A program made the position numbers and the translations under genes. Below the pieces are notes generated by a model, which was not told where the DNA came from, did not search any database, and saw only the letters and a program-made list of their open reading frames with translations. From the NCBI GenBank assembly GCA_963749705.1, contig CAVVNQ010000008.1, forward strand, positions 256,001 through 320,000: DNA of 64,000 nt, read 5' to 3'. Each line of letters opens with the position of its first letter. Position 1 is the first letter of the stretch. Below, piece after piece: positions 51,773-61,394 of the stretch. Origin of the DNA: an uncultured Chloroflexia bacterium (GTDB lineage: Bacteria > Chloroflexota > Limnocylindria > Limnocylindrales > CSP1-4).

Positions 51773-52168
51773 TCAGGCCGCGACCGGTGCGTCGCGGTAA
51801 CCGGGAACGCTCACCTCGATCAACGGGCTGTGCTCGACCATGACGTCCAGGTCCGTGCGATTCCAGTTGCGCGCGACGCCCGTCAGCAGCGCGCGACGCT
51901 CCGCCGGATCGGTGATCACGCGGGCGGTCGCCTCGACGTCGGCCTGGGCGAGCTCGTCCTTCAGATGGAGCGTGACCCGCGGGTTCGCGGCCACGTTGCG
52001 GAGCCAGGCCCGTACGCTGCCCGGGCGAGGCATGCCGCTGATGACGATCCGGCCGTCGAGGTTGTGCATGAAGATCTCGATCCGTCGCGGCTGGCCGGTG
52101 CGGCGGCCGGTGGTCGTGAGGTCGATGACCTGGTTGTGGTCGAGTGCGCTTCGCACGAGCTGGTCCAT
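51773..52168 (-). CDS. Deazaflavin-dependent nitroreductase-like (split-barrel) protein
   Basis: LTTTGRRTGQPR...WLRNVAANPRV. Confidence 0.8.
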   Translation of the reverse strand: MDQLVRSALDHNQVIDLTTTGRRTGQPRRIEIFMHNLDGRIVISGMPRPGSVRAWLRNVAANPRVTLHLKDELAQADVEATARVITDPAERRALLTGVARNWNRTDLDVMVEHSPLIEVSVPGYRDAPVAA

Positions 52169-52303
52169 TGGTGCTCCGGGGGCCGTCGGCGCGACGGCTG
52201 GGTATTGGTAGTTGCATGTGCAACGATACCGCACGCGGGAGGTGAACACAAGGCGGGGCCGCCGGGGCACAGCAACCAGTCGCACGGCCCTACACTCGCT
52301 CCG

Positions 52304-53082
52304 ATGCTGCGCACCGTGACCGCGACCCGATACGTGACCCCGCTGCGCGAGGGCGGGTCGGTCCCCGCGCTCGTCGAGGCCGACGACGACGGCCTGTACG
52401 TCACGAAGCTGCTGGGCGCGGGTCACGGCCGCAAGGCGCTGGTCGCGGAGCTGGTGGTGGGCGAGATCGGCTCGGCATCTCGGGCTGCCCGTCCCCGACC
52501 TCGTCCTGGTCGAGCTGGACGCCGCGCTCTCGAAGGCCGAGCCGGACCAGGAGATCCGCGAGATGCTGGCGCGGTCGGCGGGCACCAACTTCGGGCTCGA
52601 CTTCCTGCCCGGCGCGCTGGCGTTCGCGCCGCGGATCGAGCCCGCGCCCGAGGCGGACCTCGCCGCGGCCATCGTGTGGCTCGACGCGTTCACGACCAAC
52701 GTCGACCGCACCCCGCGCAACCCCAACCTCATCGTGTGGCACCGGCGGCTCCACCTCATCGACCACGGATCCGCGCTGTACATCCACCACACCTGGCGCG
52801 ACCCGGACGAGCACGCCCGGCGCCCGTTCGAGGCCATCCGGGACCACGTGCTGCTGCCGTTCGCGGGATCGATCGTCGGAGGCGGACGAGCGCCTGGCCG
52901 CGCAGCTGGACGCCGCTACGCTCGACGAGGTCGTCGCCTCGATCCCGGACGACTGGCTGCGCCCGGAGGCCGGGCTCGCCGACCCGGATGCGCACCGTCG
53001 GGCATATGTCCGCTACCTGCTTGCGCGGCTGGCCGGGCCGCGGGCATTCGTCGAGGAGGCCGAACGTGCCCGAGCAGCCTGA
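52304..53082 (+). CDS. HipA-like kinase, two frameshifts (about 52478 and 52878)
   Basis: YVTPLREGGS, YVTK, LVAEL, then LGLPVP...NVDRTPRNPNL...LIDHG; removing 2 nt gives 258 aa. Confidence 0.8.
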
Positions 53083-53500
53083 CCCCGCGCCGGCTGACGC
53101 CCGCGGGCCCGGAGACGCCGGCCGAAGCCCGTTCGAGTACGCGATCGTGCGCGTCGTGCCGCGCGTCGAGCGGGGCGAGGGGTTCAACGCCGGCATCGTC
53201 CTCGCGTCGCGCGTGCACCGCTACCTGGCCGCGAAGGTGCTGCTGGACGAGGCCGTGCTCGTCGCGCTCGCTCCCGACTGCGACCCGGAGATCGTCCGCG
53301 CGCACCTCGACGCGATCGTGCGGATCGCGGCCGGTGACCCGGAGGCGGGGCCGATCGCCGCCCTGTCGGCCCCCGAGCGGTTCCACTGGCTGGCATCGCC
53401 GTCGTCCACGATCATCCAGCCCTCGGACGTCCACACGGGCCTGACGTCCGACCCCGCGGCAACGCTCGAGCACCTGTTCCGGACGCTCGTCCAGCGCTGA
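53066..53500 (+). CDS. DUF3037 domain protein
   Basis: FEYAIVRVVPRVERGE.FNAG, ERFHWLASPSSTIIQPS.VHTG. Confidence 0.9.
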   Translation: MPEQPDPAPADARGPGDAGRSPFEYAIVRVVPRVERGEGFNAGIVLASRVHRYLAAKVLLDEAVLVALAPDCDPEIVRAHLDAIVRIAAGDPEAGPIAALSAPERFHWLASPSSTIIQPSDVHTGLTSDPAATLEHLFRTLVQR

Positions 53501-53673
53501 TCCGGATGGAAGGGTCCGGCCCAGGGCAGGACCGTTGGCAGCCTTGCACGCATCGACGGACCACCGGACGATGAGCGCATGGTCGGTCGGATGTCGTGCT
53601 GTCGTCGCGACCCGCGTCGGCAGCTGCGTGGCAGCCCGCACGGTCGAGCGCCCACCAGAGGACGAGATCGGCA

Positions 53674-54486
53674 GTGACCCACGCGACTGACCGCCCGAAC
53701 ATCCGGCTCCGGCTCATCCGACTCCTCATCGTCGGCCTGACCGGTGTCGTGCTCGCCTTTGGCCTCTACTCGATCGGACGGGCGATCACGACGCCCCATC
53801 GCACGACGCCCGTGTACGACCCGCCGGTGCTGGCCGGCCAGATCATCCCGGGCTACTGCTCGGCGGGGGTCTACGCCCGGCTTGGCGACACGATCGTGCT
53901 CACCACCTCGCCCCACTGTGCCGGCGAGGGAACGCTCGAGACCTCGCCCGACGGCACGGTCCAGGGTGTCGTCGGCCCGACGGCCCTGGAAACCCCCTGC
54001 GCGCACCCCGATCACACGTGCAAGCCCTCGGACATGAACTACGTCATCGTTGCGCTCGACCGCATCCCGTGGGGCCACCTCAACGAGATCGACATGGGTG
54101 TCGGTGGCTACAGGATCCTGTCGGCTGGCACCGAGGCGCTGTCCTGCGGCGAGATCGCGGTCGGGGACCCGATCGAGATGGACGGGCGGAACGAGTACCG
54201 GACCGGAACGGTAGCCGCGAAGGGTCCATACCTGTTCTCGCCGAGCGAGGACGGCGACTACTTCTCGTGCATGATCGCCGCGCGCCTGCCGGTCGGCGGC
54301 GGCGACTCCGGCAGCGTCGTGCTCGTCCGCGGCATCCCGGCCGGGATCACCTCGCGCAGTCTCAACGGCGATCTCGGCTTCACGCCCCTTGCCGAGGGCC
54401 TGGACAACCTGGGCCTGGCGCTGTGTACCACGCCTGATTGCGGTCTCGTGCCGACCGCGGCATCGCCGACGGCAATCCAGCCTTGA
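53674..54486 (+). CDS. Membrane-anchored trypsin-like serine protease
   Basis: N-terminal TM; CSAG...LTTSPHC (His), SDMNY (Asp), GGGDSGS (Ser). Confidence 0.65.
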   Translation: MTHATDRPNIRLRLIRLLIVGLTGVVLAFGLYSIGRAITTPHRTTPVYDPPVLAGQIIPGYCSAGVYARLGDTIVLTTSPHCAGEGTLETSPDGTVQGVVGPTALETPCAHPDHTCKPSDMNYVIVALDRIPWGHLNEIDMGVGGYRILSAGTEALSCGEIAVGDPIEMDGRNEYRTGTVAAKGPYLFSPSEDGDYFSCMIAARLPVGGGDSGSVVLVRGIPAGITSRSLNGDLGFTPLAEGLDNLGLALCTTPDCGLVPTAASPTAIQP

Positions 54487-54562
54487 ATGCCGGCCGGGGG
54501 TCATCGTTCGGCGGACGCCCGACCCGCCCGCACGCGCCGCGACCCGCGCCCTGCCTCGACGC

Positions 54563-54711
54563 CTAGCGCGGCGGCGCCGCGATCCCCGGCTCGGTGGCAG
54601 GATCGACTGCGGGTACCGGTCGCGCGTTGACAGGGTCAGCGGACGCCCGGTCCTGGCGCCGCCGGAACGACCAGGCGATGGCGATCGTGATCAGCATGAA
54701 CGTGAGCGACA
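54563..54711 (-). pseudogene. Orphan alternative 3' end of the SemiSWEET gene
   Basis: In frame SLTFMLITIAIAWSFRRRQDRASADPVNARPVPAVDPATEPGIAAPPR*; no start codon. Confidence 0.8.
54642..54711 (+). repeat. 70-bp direct repeat, copy 1
   Basis: Identical to 58055-58124. Confidence 0.97.
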
Positions 54712-54717
54712 ATCCCC

Positions 54718-56094
54718 TCAGGGGTTCGGCGGCGGCAATGCCAGCTCAGGCGTCGAAGCGTCCGGCAGTGGCGTGCTGACCGCTCCCGAGACCGAGTCGC
54801 GTACGCCCCCCGTACCGAAGAAGCCGCCGTCGCCCCCGTCGACCACGATGCACGTTGGGTCGAGGTATGTCAGACCGCCCGGCAGGCGGATGTCACCCTG
54901 GAACTGCACGACCCAGGCTGGACGATCCGACTGAAGCTCCGGGTTCCGTGCACTCAGCCGCGCGTATCGGGGCGCGTCGCTCGCGTGCTCGATCCGACCG
55001 AGGCCCGTGATGGCCGCACTTCCGTAGCGCGAGACGATCTCCGGGACGAGGCAGACCTCGAAGGCCCGGGCTGCGTCGGCCGGCGGGTTTGACAGCGATA
55101 CAGGCGCAACCGTCGGGTCGATGGGCACGCCCTCGGTGGCGCCAGTCGGGTCAGACGCCGGGGTGGCGCTGGCCGACGGCGCCGGCGCAACAGACACGCT
55201 TGGCCCCGCTGACGGGATAGGCGAGCCCAGCGGTACGAAGCCGACGCCCGGCACCATGTGCCCCATCAACGTCGTAAGGTCGTCCGCGTAGACGGGCCGA
55301 GGCGCGTCCTGCGGAGGGTTCGACGGCGTCCCGGGGACGGGGTCGAAGGGCCCGATGAGGTACTGCTTGGGAACGTAGCCGGCGATCGTCACGCCATCGC
55401 GAGCCCAGGCTGAAACAAAGTCGGGCACCAGCGCCCCGTAGGTGGGGCCGCCCTCCGGCGGGCTTGCGTTGGCCGGGATCGGACCCTTGGTCGGCTTGCG
55501 CCAGGCGACCGCCTCGACGGTGAGCGTGGTCTCGCAGTCGCTGCACAGGCTTGGTCCGCTCGACCCTCCGGTGAACGTTTCGACGCGGACGACGGTAAGC
55601 GCGCCGGAGGTCCGGACGAAGCCAGGCGCAACCGTCATGCCGTTCAGCGCGAACTGCGGGCCTGATCCCGCGGCACCGGAGAGCTTCCACCACTCCCCGC
55701 AGGGCGCGCCCGAGGCCACCGTCGCGTCTGGGCAGGGGTCCGAGCCAAGCACGAGCGTCCCACCGGCGAGGAACGTTCCGGACGTCGCGCTCCGCGCTGT
55801 GATCTGGTCGCCGCGAAGGACCGGCTCGCCGCCAATCGAGACGGGAAGCCCATCCGACCCGATCTGGATCGCACCCGGTCCCGCCGATGTCGCGGGGAGG
55901 AGTCGCGGCCCAAAGACGACGGCGGCCACGACTGCGACCACCGCCAGGGCGACGCCGACCGGCAGCCGACGGCCGGACGGCCGCGGTGCCGGGCGCGGGA
56001 GAAACGGGAAATCACGCTCGGCCCGATCCAGCTCGGCGACCAGGTAGTCGCGCAGGCGGGGGTCGACCGACGTGCTGGACGGCAGGTCAGTCAT
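54718..56094 (-). CDS. Putative anti-sigma factor (single TM, large extracellular region)
   Basis: Overlaps the ECF sigma stop; short N-terminal domain DPRLRDYL, then a TM segment. Confidence 0.65.
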   Translation of the reverse strand: MTDLPSSTSVDPRLRDYLVAELDRAERDFPFLPRPAPRPSGRRLPVGVALAVVAVVAAVVFGPRLLPATSAGPGAIQIGSDGLPVSIGGEPVLRGDQITARSATSGTFLAGGTLVLGSDPCPDATVASGAPCGEWWKLSGAAGSGPQFALNGMTVAPGFVRTSGALTVVRVETFTGGSSGPSLCSDCETTLTVEAVAWRKPTKGPIPANASPPEGGPTYGALVPDFVSAWARDGVTIAGYVPKQYLIGPFDPVPGTPSNPPQDAPRPVYADDLTTLMGHMVPGVGFVPLGSPIPSAGPSVSVAPAPSASATPASDPTGATEGVPIDPTVAPVSLSNPPADAARAFEVCLVPEIVSRYGSAAITGLGRIEHASDAPRYARLSARNPELQSDRPAWVVQFQGDIRLPGGLTYLDPTCIVVDGGDGGFFGTGGVRDSVSGAVSTPLPDASTPELALPPPNP

Positions 56095-56602
56095 CGTGGA
56101 GGTCCTCTCGTAGCCGGGCGAGGCCCGTCTTCAACTGGCTCTTGATCGTGTTCTCGCTCACGCCCAGCGCCAGGGCGGTCTCCGGCACGGACAGGCCGGC
56201 GAGGTGGTGCAGGGCGATCGCGGCCCGAATTCGTCGCGGCAGCCTGGCCAACCCGTCCCGGACGTCGATCCGCTGGGCGGCATCACTGCCTGCCGTCGGC
56301 ACCTCGCGGACATGACTGTCGAGACTGACGAGCCGACGGAGGCGGCGGACGACGCGGAACGCCTCGCGGGTCTGGACCCGAAGGAGCCACGCCCGGAGGG
56401 CCCGCGGTTCGCGCAGCCCATCGAGATGTCGGAGGGCTATCTCGAATGTCGTCTGGACGAGGTCCTGGGCTTCGTCGTCGTCCAGGGTGATCACTCGCGC
56501 TGCGGCCAATAGCACAGGCCCGTGCGTGTACAGCTCCTCGACCAGGGCGTCTCGGGTGCGCGCCTCCCCTGGGGCCAGTTCGGTCACCTGCGCTGTGTCC
56601 AT
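56087..56602 (-). CDS. ECF RNA polymerase sigma-70 factor
   Basis: EAQDLVQTTF...RAWL region 2; LARLPRRIRAAIAL...ETALALGVSENTIKSQLKTG region 4. Confidence 0.9.
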   Translation of the reverse strand: MDTAQVTELAPGEARTRDALVEELYTHGPVLLAAARVITLDDDEAQDLVQTTFEIALRHLDGLREPRALRAWLLRVQTREAFRVVRRLRRLVSLDSHVREVPTAGSDAAQRIDVRDGLARLPRRIRAAIALHHLAGLSVPETALALGVSENTIKSQLKTGLARLREDLHDD

Positions 56603-56794
56603 CCACCCTCTATTCCTGGCTGCTCGATAACCAAGAGGATGCAGCACGACGAACCGGGTGAGAGGCCAGCCCGGAGGCGTAGCCCAAACGGCCGAGACCA
56701 ATGACGCACTACCTTCGCCCCGGAGGCGGGACGCGGCCGCGCGACGCGATGCGCAGGCGACGACGAGGTTGGACGGGGTTAGACGCCAGACCGT

Positions 56795-57967
56795 CTACGC
56801 CTCGCTCGGCAGCCCGCGCAGGTAGCGGCCGAAGCCCGGGATGCTGAACTCGTACGGGCCGTAGGGTCGTTGCTGGAACACCAGCCCTGCCTTCATGAGG
56901 TCCTCACGGACCCGGTTCACGTTCACCTTCGTGGGCATCAGCCGGGCGGCGTCGGACAGCCGGACCCCGTTCTCGCCGGTTGTCGCCCTGGCCATCGCAA
57001 CCAGGAACGCCTGCTCGGTCGGGCTCACGAGCTGGAAGCGCGGCCTGTAGAACTGCTCCTGGAGCTGGAGCTCGTAGAGGCCCCGCACGCGCTCGACATC
57101 GTCGCTCGAGATGGGATTGCCGGATCGCGGCCACACAGCGTCACCGAGCTGGTGGATGAACTCCGGATACCCCGCCGTCATCGCGTACCCCGCCCCGAGC
57201 GCCTCGGTCGTGAACGCTCCGGATCCCATCGCCGCGATGCCGTCGAACGCCTCGGTGGTCTCGGCCTCGGTGAACCGGTCCAGCCGCTGGTAGTTGAACC
57301 GCTCCGCGAAGCCGCCGGCCTGGTGGCACAGGACCTGCGTCTGGGGCAGCCCGGCGGCCACCATCGTGATCGGGACGCCCTGGGCCATCACCTCCTCGAG
57401 CGCCGACACCAGGGCATGCAGCGCCGCGGCCGGGAGGAATTGGAGCTCGTCGACGAACAGGATGGCGCGGAACTCGGGCGCGATCACCTCGCCCAGCGAC
57501 ACGAGCACGCGCGTGAGGTCCTGCGTCAGGCCGCGTTCGCGCTCCGCCCTGGTGGCGCCGACCGAGAGCGAGATCCCGGCGAACCCGAGCGACACGCTGA
57601 ACGCCTTGAACCGGTCGAATGCCCGGCGCACCCGGGACGATGGGCCCTCGGCCGCAAGGATCTGCGCCTCGATCTGCTCGATGGCGTCGCCGAAGGTGAC
57701 CCGCAGGTTCTCGTCGTAGGTCATCTTGCGGCGCACGCCGACCAGCCAGCCACGTTCCACGACCAGCTCGGTGAGGTGGAACAGCAGCGCCGACTTGCCG
57801 ACCCCGCGCACGCCGTGGACGACGAGCGGCGGCGCGCTGTTGTCGGTCTCCCACTTCTCGACGAGGCGCCGGATGAAGTGCTCCTCGATCAGCTCCTGGC
57901 GACCGGCGAAGTAGCGGGGTCGAGGCGATCCCGGGGCGAACGGGTTGGCTCCCTTGGGCGATGCCAT
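56795..57967 (-). CDS. AAA_16/STAND-like P-loop ATPase with a C-terminal winged helix
   Basis: NPFAPG...FAGRQE, Walker A GVRGVGKS, Walker B ILFVDELQ, GYP motif, YEFSIPGF. Confidence 0.85.
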   Translation of the reverse strand: MASPKGANPFAPGSPRPRYFAGRQELIEEHFIRRLVEKWETDNSAPPLVVHGVRGVGKSALLFHLTELVVERGWLVGVRRKMTYDENLRVTFGDAIEQIEAQILAAEGPSSRVRRAFDRFKAFSVSLGFAGISLSVGATRAERERGLTQDLTRVLVSLGEVIAPEFRAILFVDELQFLPAAALHALVSALEEVMAQGVPITMVAAGLPQTQVLCHQAGGFAERFNYQRLDRFTEAETTEAFDGIAAMGSGAFTTEALGAGYAMTAGYPEFIHQLGDAVWPRSGNPISSDDVERVRGLYELQLQEQFYRPRFQLVSPTEQAFLVAMARATTGENGVRLSDAARLMPTKVNVNRVREDLMKAGLVFQQRPYGPYEFSIPGFGRYLRGLPSEA

Positions 57968-57978
57968 GCGCTGCGTCC

Positions 57979-58335
57979 CTACGTCGGTGGCGACGCGGTC
58001 CCGGGCTCGGTCGCGTCGATCGCCGATGCCCGTCGGGGATCCGGCGGCCCGCCTGACGCCCGGTCCTGGCGCCGCCGGAACGACCAGGCGATGGCGATCG
58101 TGATCAGCATGAACGTGAGCGACACGGTGTTGGTGATCATGACCGGACCGTTGCCGATCGAGATCCCATAGGCCAGCCAGAGCACGAACCCCGGCGTCAG
58201 CAGGCCCAGGTAGCCCAGCGAGACATCCCGGCTGGACTGGGTCTGGAACATGCGCCGGATCTGCATCGTGGGCGCCAGCCCCATCACGAGGCCCCAGGCG
58301 GTTGCCGCGACGGCCAGGACGTCCTCGATCGACAT
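57979..58335 (-). CDS. SemiSWEET/PQ-loop transporter
   Basis: PTMQIRRMFQTQSSRDVS...LWLAYG...PVMITN; 3 TM segments. Confidence 0.85.
   Translation of the reverse strand: MSIEDVLAVAATAWGLVMGLAPTMQIRRMFQTQSSRDVSLGYLGLLTPGFVLWLAYGISIGNGPVMITNTVSLTFMLITIAIAWSFRRRQDRASGGPPDPRRASAIDATEPGTASPPT
58055..58124 (+). repeat. 70-bp direct repeat, copy 2 (inside the SemiSWEET gene)
   Basis: Identical to 54642-54711. Confidence 0.97.
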
Positions 58336-58913
58336 CAGGCCTTCGTCTGTGCGCGAAGCTCGGCCTTGCGGGCGCGCTTGCCGGCCTGGTACTCGGCCAG
58401 CGCCTCCGGGGAATCGACGTCGCCCAGCGTCGGGTGCGACGGGACGACGTCGTCCCAGCCGGCGGGCTTGATCCCGTAGCGCATGCCCAGCAGCGCGACG
58501 ATCGTGCCGGCCTTCATCTCGCCGATGCCGGGCAGCGCGATCAGCCGCGCGTGGAGGTCGCGCGCGTCCGACGCCTCGGACCAGATCCGGGTCGCATCGC
58601 CGGCGTACGCGTCCGCGATCGCCGCGCACAGGTCGCGAACCCGCTTGGCCATGTTGCCCGGGAAGCGATGGAGCGCGGGCGGCGTCCGGAACGCGGCGTC
58701 GAGCTGCTCGGGATCCATGGTCGCGATCGTCGCGGCATCGAGCGACCCGATCCGGCGGCGCAGCTCGTACGGGCCTGCGAACGCCTTCTGGACGGTCACC
58801 TGCTGGTCGAGCGCGAAGCCGATGAGCAGGGCTAGCGGGTCGGTCGCGATCAGCGCGTCGGCGTCGGCGTCGCCGGTGAACGGGAGGTGGTCAGGCGGGA
58901 CGGGGAGGCTCAT
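58335..58913 (-). CDS. HhH-GPD-type base excision repair family protein
   Basis: DPLALLIGFALDQQV...AFAGP, PALHRFPGNMA, LPGIGEMKA. Confidence 0.85.
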   Translation of the reverse strand: MSLPVPPDHLPFTGDADADALIATDPLALLIGFALDQQVTVQKAFAGPYELRRRIGSLDAATIATMDPEQLDAAFRTPPALHRFPGNMAKRVRDLCAAIADAYAGDATRIWSEASDARDLHARLIALPGIGEMKAGTIVALLGMRYGIKPAGWDDVVPSHPTLGDVDSPEALAEYQAGKRARKAELRAQTKA

Positions 58914-58968
58914 GGGCCCATCGTACGGTGCATGCGGGCATCGCGGGCTCCGACGTACGATCAATTCG

Positions 58969-59748
58969 ATGCTGCTGGGGATCGACCATCTCGTCATCGC
59001 CGTCCGTGACCCGGACGCGGCCGCCGCCACCATCGAGCACGACCTCGGGCTGTCGTTCACGGGTGGCGGCCGGCACGAACACGCCGGCACGTTCAACCGG
59101 CTCGCCTTCCTGGGCGACAGCTACCTCGAGCTGATCGGCGTGTTCGACCGGTCGCTGGTCCTGGCATCGTCGTCGTTCGCCGTCGGGCGGGCAGCGCTGA
59201 CGGTGCTGGACGATGGCGGCGAAGGGCTGGCGACGTTCGCGCTCGCCGTCGACGACATCGGCGCCGAGGTGGCCCGCCTCCGGTCGACCGGGTCACGGAT
59301 CGGTGGACCGGTCCCGGGTGCGCGCACTCGTACCGACGGCGACATCGTGCGCTGGATCACCGCATTCCCGGCGCTCGGACCGGCGGAGCCACCGTTCCTC
59401 ATCGAGCATGACTACCGCGGCGCCGAGTGGGGCGATGCCGCGTTGGCGGAGCGAGCCGCGTTCCGCCACCCCGTCGGCGGATGCGTCCGGCTCGCCGGGC
59501 TGACGATCCCGGTTGCGGACCCGGCGGTGACTGCGGGCGAATGGGCCTCGACGATCGGGGTGACGTTCGACAACGGCCATCGCGCCGCGATCGGGGCGCA
59601 GGTCATCGAGCTTGGGCGCCAGGACGCCGGATCGCCCGGGTCATCGATCCCGGCCGTCCACCTCGTCGCGGACGCGGACACGCCGTCGATCGAGCTAGGC
59701 GGCTTCGGTGTTCGGTGGCATCGCCACGAGGCGCCGCCCGGGTCCTGA
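58969..59748 (+). CDS. VOC family (Glyoxalase_3) protein
   Basis: IDHLVIAVRD...GGRH..GTFNRL...YLELI, PFLIE. Confidence 0.85.
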   Translation: MLLGIDHLVIAVRDPDAAAATIEHDLGLSFTGGGRHEHAGTFNRLAFLGDSYLELIGVFDRSLVLASSSFAVGRAALTVLDDGGEGLATFALAVDDIGAEVARLRSTGSRIGGPVPGARTRTDGDIVRWITAFPALGPAEPPFLIEHDYRGAEWGDAALAERAAFRHPVGGCVRLAGLTIPVADPAVTAGEWASTIGVTFDNGHRAAIGAQVIELGRQDAGSPGSSIPAVHLVADADTPSIELGGFGVRWHRHEAPPGS

Positions 59749-60456
59749 GCTCGCACCGGCCGCCCGAGCGGCAACTCCCGCATTGCGACGGCTCGCGATC
59801 GAGACCACGATCCGGTACGTGAGCAGGAAGCCCACGATCGCGGTCGATCCGAGGTACAGCCCCTGCGCCCAGCCCGCCCCGCTATCCGTCCCCGACGCGA
59901 TGCCGTGGACCGTCGCGCCCAAGAACGCGAGGAAGGTCAGGTAATGGAGCGTCCGCCAGGCGCGCTGCCCGATGTGGCGGCGGACGTAGAAGCTGGCGGT
60001 GACGATCGCCATCAGGTACAGCGCGACCTGCCCGATCCCGACGGCCAGCGGCGCATGCGGCGAGAGCCCCGGGACGAGGATCTGCGCGAGCGAGAACGGG
60101 ATCGTCCGGTCGAGACCGAGGAGGATGCCGTGGATCCCGGCCAGCCCGAGCCCGATCGCCGCCAGGTCCTGGTGGAGCGAGAAGCTGATCGGGCGGTGCG
60201 CGATCGCGTCGAGCAGCTTCGTGGACAGCAGCAGCCCGTACACCACCGAGCCGGTGGTCGCGAGGTAGGCGAGGAACCCGAACAGCCGCTCGAACAGCCA
60301 CGGCAGGCTCGCGGCGTTGGTCTCGACGACGGTCGCGATGCCCCGAACGGCACCCGGACCGGTGGCTCCGGCGACGATCCCCACGGCGACCGCGGCCAGG
60401 CCCCACCGGGCGAGCGCCGTACGCGGGTCGAGCCCGCGATACCTCACGCCAGCCAT
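59695..60456 (-). CDS. Ferric-reductase-like (MsrQ-type) heme membrane protein
   Basis: Four His in TM helices (LHQDL, IHGI, WRTLHY, VHGI), GTDS. Confidence 0.85.
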   Translation of the reverse strand: MAGVRYRGLDPRTALARWGLAAVAVGIVAGATGPGAVRGIATVVETNAASLPWLFERLFGFLAYLATTGSVVYGLLLSTKLLDAIAHRPISFSLHQDLAAIGLGLAGIHGILLGLDRTIPFSLAQILVPGLSPHAPLAVGIGQVALYLMAIVTASFYVRRHIGQRAWRTLHYLTFLAFLGATVHGIASGTDSGAGWAQGLYLGSTAIVGFLLTYRIVVSIASRRNAGVAARAAGASSGPGRRLVAMPPNTEAA

Positions 60457-61394
60457 CGGACCATCCCCGGGGTCGCGCGAAGGTCGCCGTCGTCGGTCAG
60501 CAGGAGCAGGCCACGGACGCCCGGATGATCGAGCGCGGCGAACGCACCGGCGCTGCCGCGGATCACCGCGACCTTGGCCCAGGCCTCGGCCTCGCGCGCG
60601 GTGGCAGCGAGCACCGTGGCCTGGACGACATCGGTGTCGGCGGGGCGAAGCACGCGCGGATCGATCAGGTGGTGCGAGGGCCGGCCGCCGTGCATCCAGC
60701 GGTGGACGCTCGTGCCCGAGGTCGCGACACCCATCTCGACCGGCGCGTCACCGTCCGCTCGCAGGTCGAGGACCGCCAGCGTGTGACCCGGCATCCGCGG
60801 GTCAGCGATGCCGACCGGCCAGTGATCGCCGGGCGCGACGCGCACGGCGATGTCGCCGTCGCCGTCGACCATCGCGGAACGGGTCGATGCGAGCCCGAGG
60901 GCACGATCGGCGAGCCAGCCCTTGGCGACGCCATCGAGGTCGAACCGGACGCCCGGCTCGCGGCGGACGACGGCGCCTCGTGCACGCCGGTCGAGCGACC
61001 AGCGATGCGACGCCGGGACCGGCCGGCCGCCGGCGAGGTGCTCCGGCTCGCGGCCGGACTCGGCCGCCAGCCGCGCATCGAGCAGCGACGCGTCGACCAG
61101 CCCGTCGGTCAGGCCCTCTGCTCGGCGCGCCCAGTCGAGGACGGCGGTCAGCGTCGGGCCGATGGGGACCCGGGACCCGGGCGCATCGTTGAGGCGGCTC
61201 AGCTCGGAGGTCATCGTGAACCGGGTCAGGCGATCCGCCCACGCGGCCAGGCGGTCGAGGATGCGGTCCGCGGCAGCCGCCAGCCGAGCGGGGTCGCCGC
61301 GGTCGATGAGGTGGACCGAGACCCGACCGCCCATCATCGATGCCGCAGACGAGACGGGCTCGATCGTGGCCGGCACGGTGGCAACGGCGCTCAT
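60444..61394 (-). CDS. apbE: FAD:protein FMN transferase
   Basis: SELSRLN, DLDGVAKGW, DGDGD, VATSG, HHLIDPR. Confidence 0.9.
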   Translation of the reverse strand: MSAVATVPATIEPVSSAASMMGGRVSVHLIDRGDPARLAAAADRILDRLAAWADRLTRFTMTSELSRLNDAPGSRVPIGPTLTAVLDWARRAEGLTDGLVDASLLDARLAAESGREPEHLAGGRPVPASHRWSLDRRARGAVVRREPGVRFDLDGVAKGWLADRALGLASTRSAMVDGDGDIAVRVAPGDHWPVGIADPRMPGHTLAVLDLRADGDAPVEMGVATSGTSVHRWMHGGRPSHHLIDPRVLRPADTDVVQATVLAATAREAEAWAKVAVIRGSAGAFAALDHPGVRGLLLLTDDGDLRATPGMVRWLA

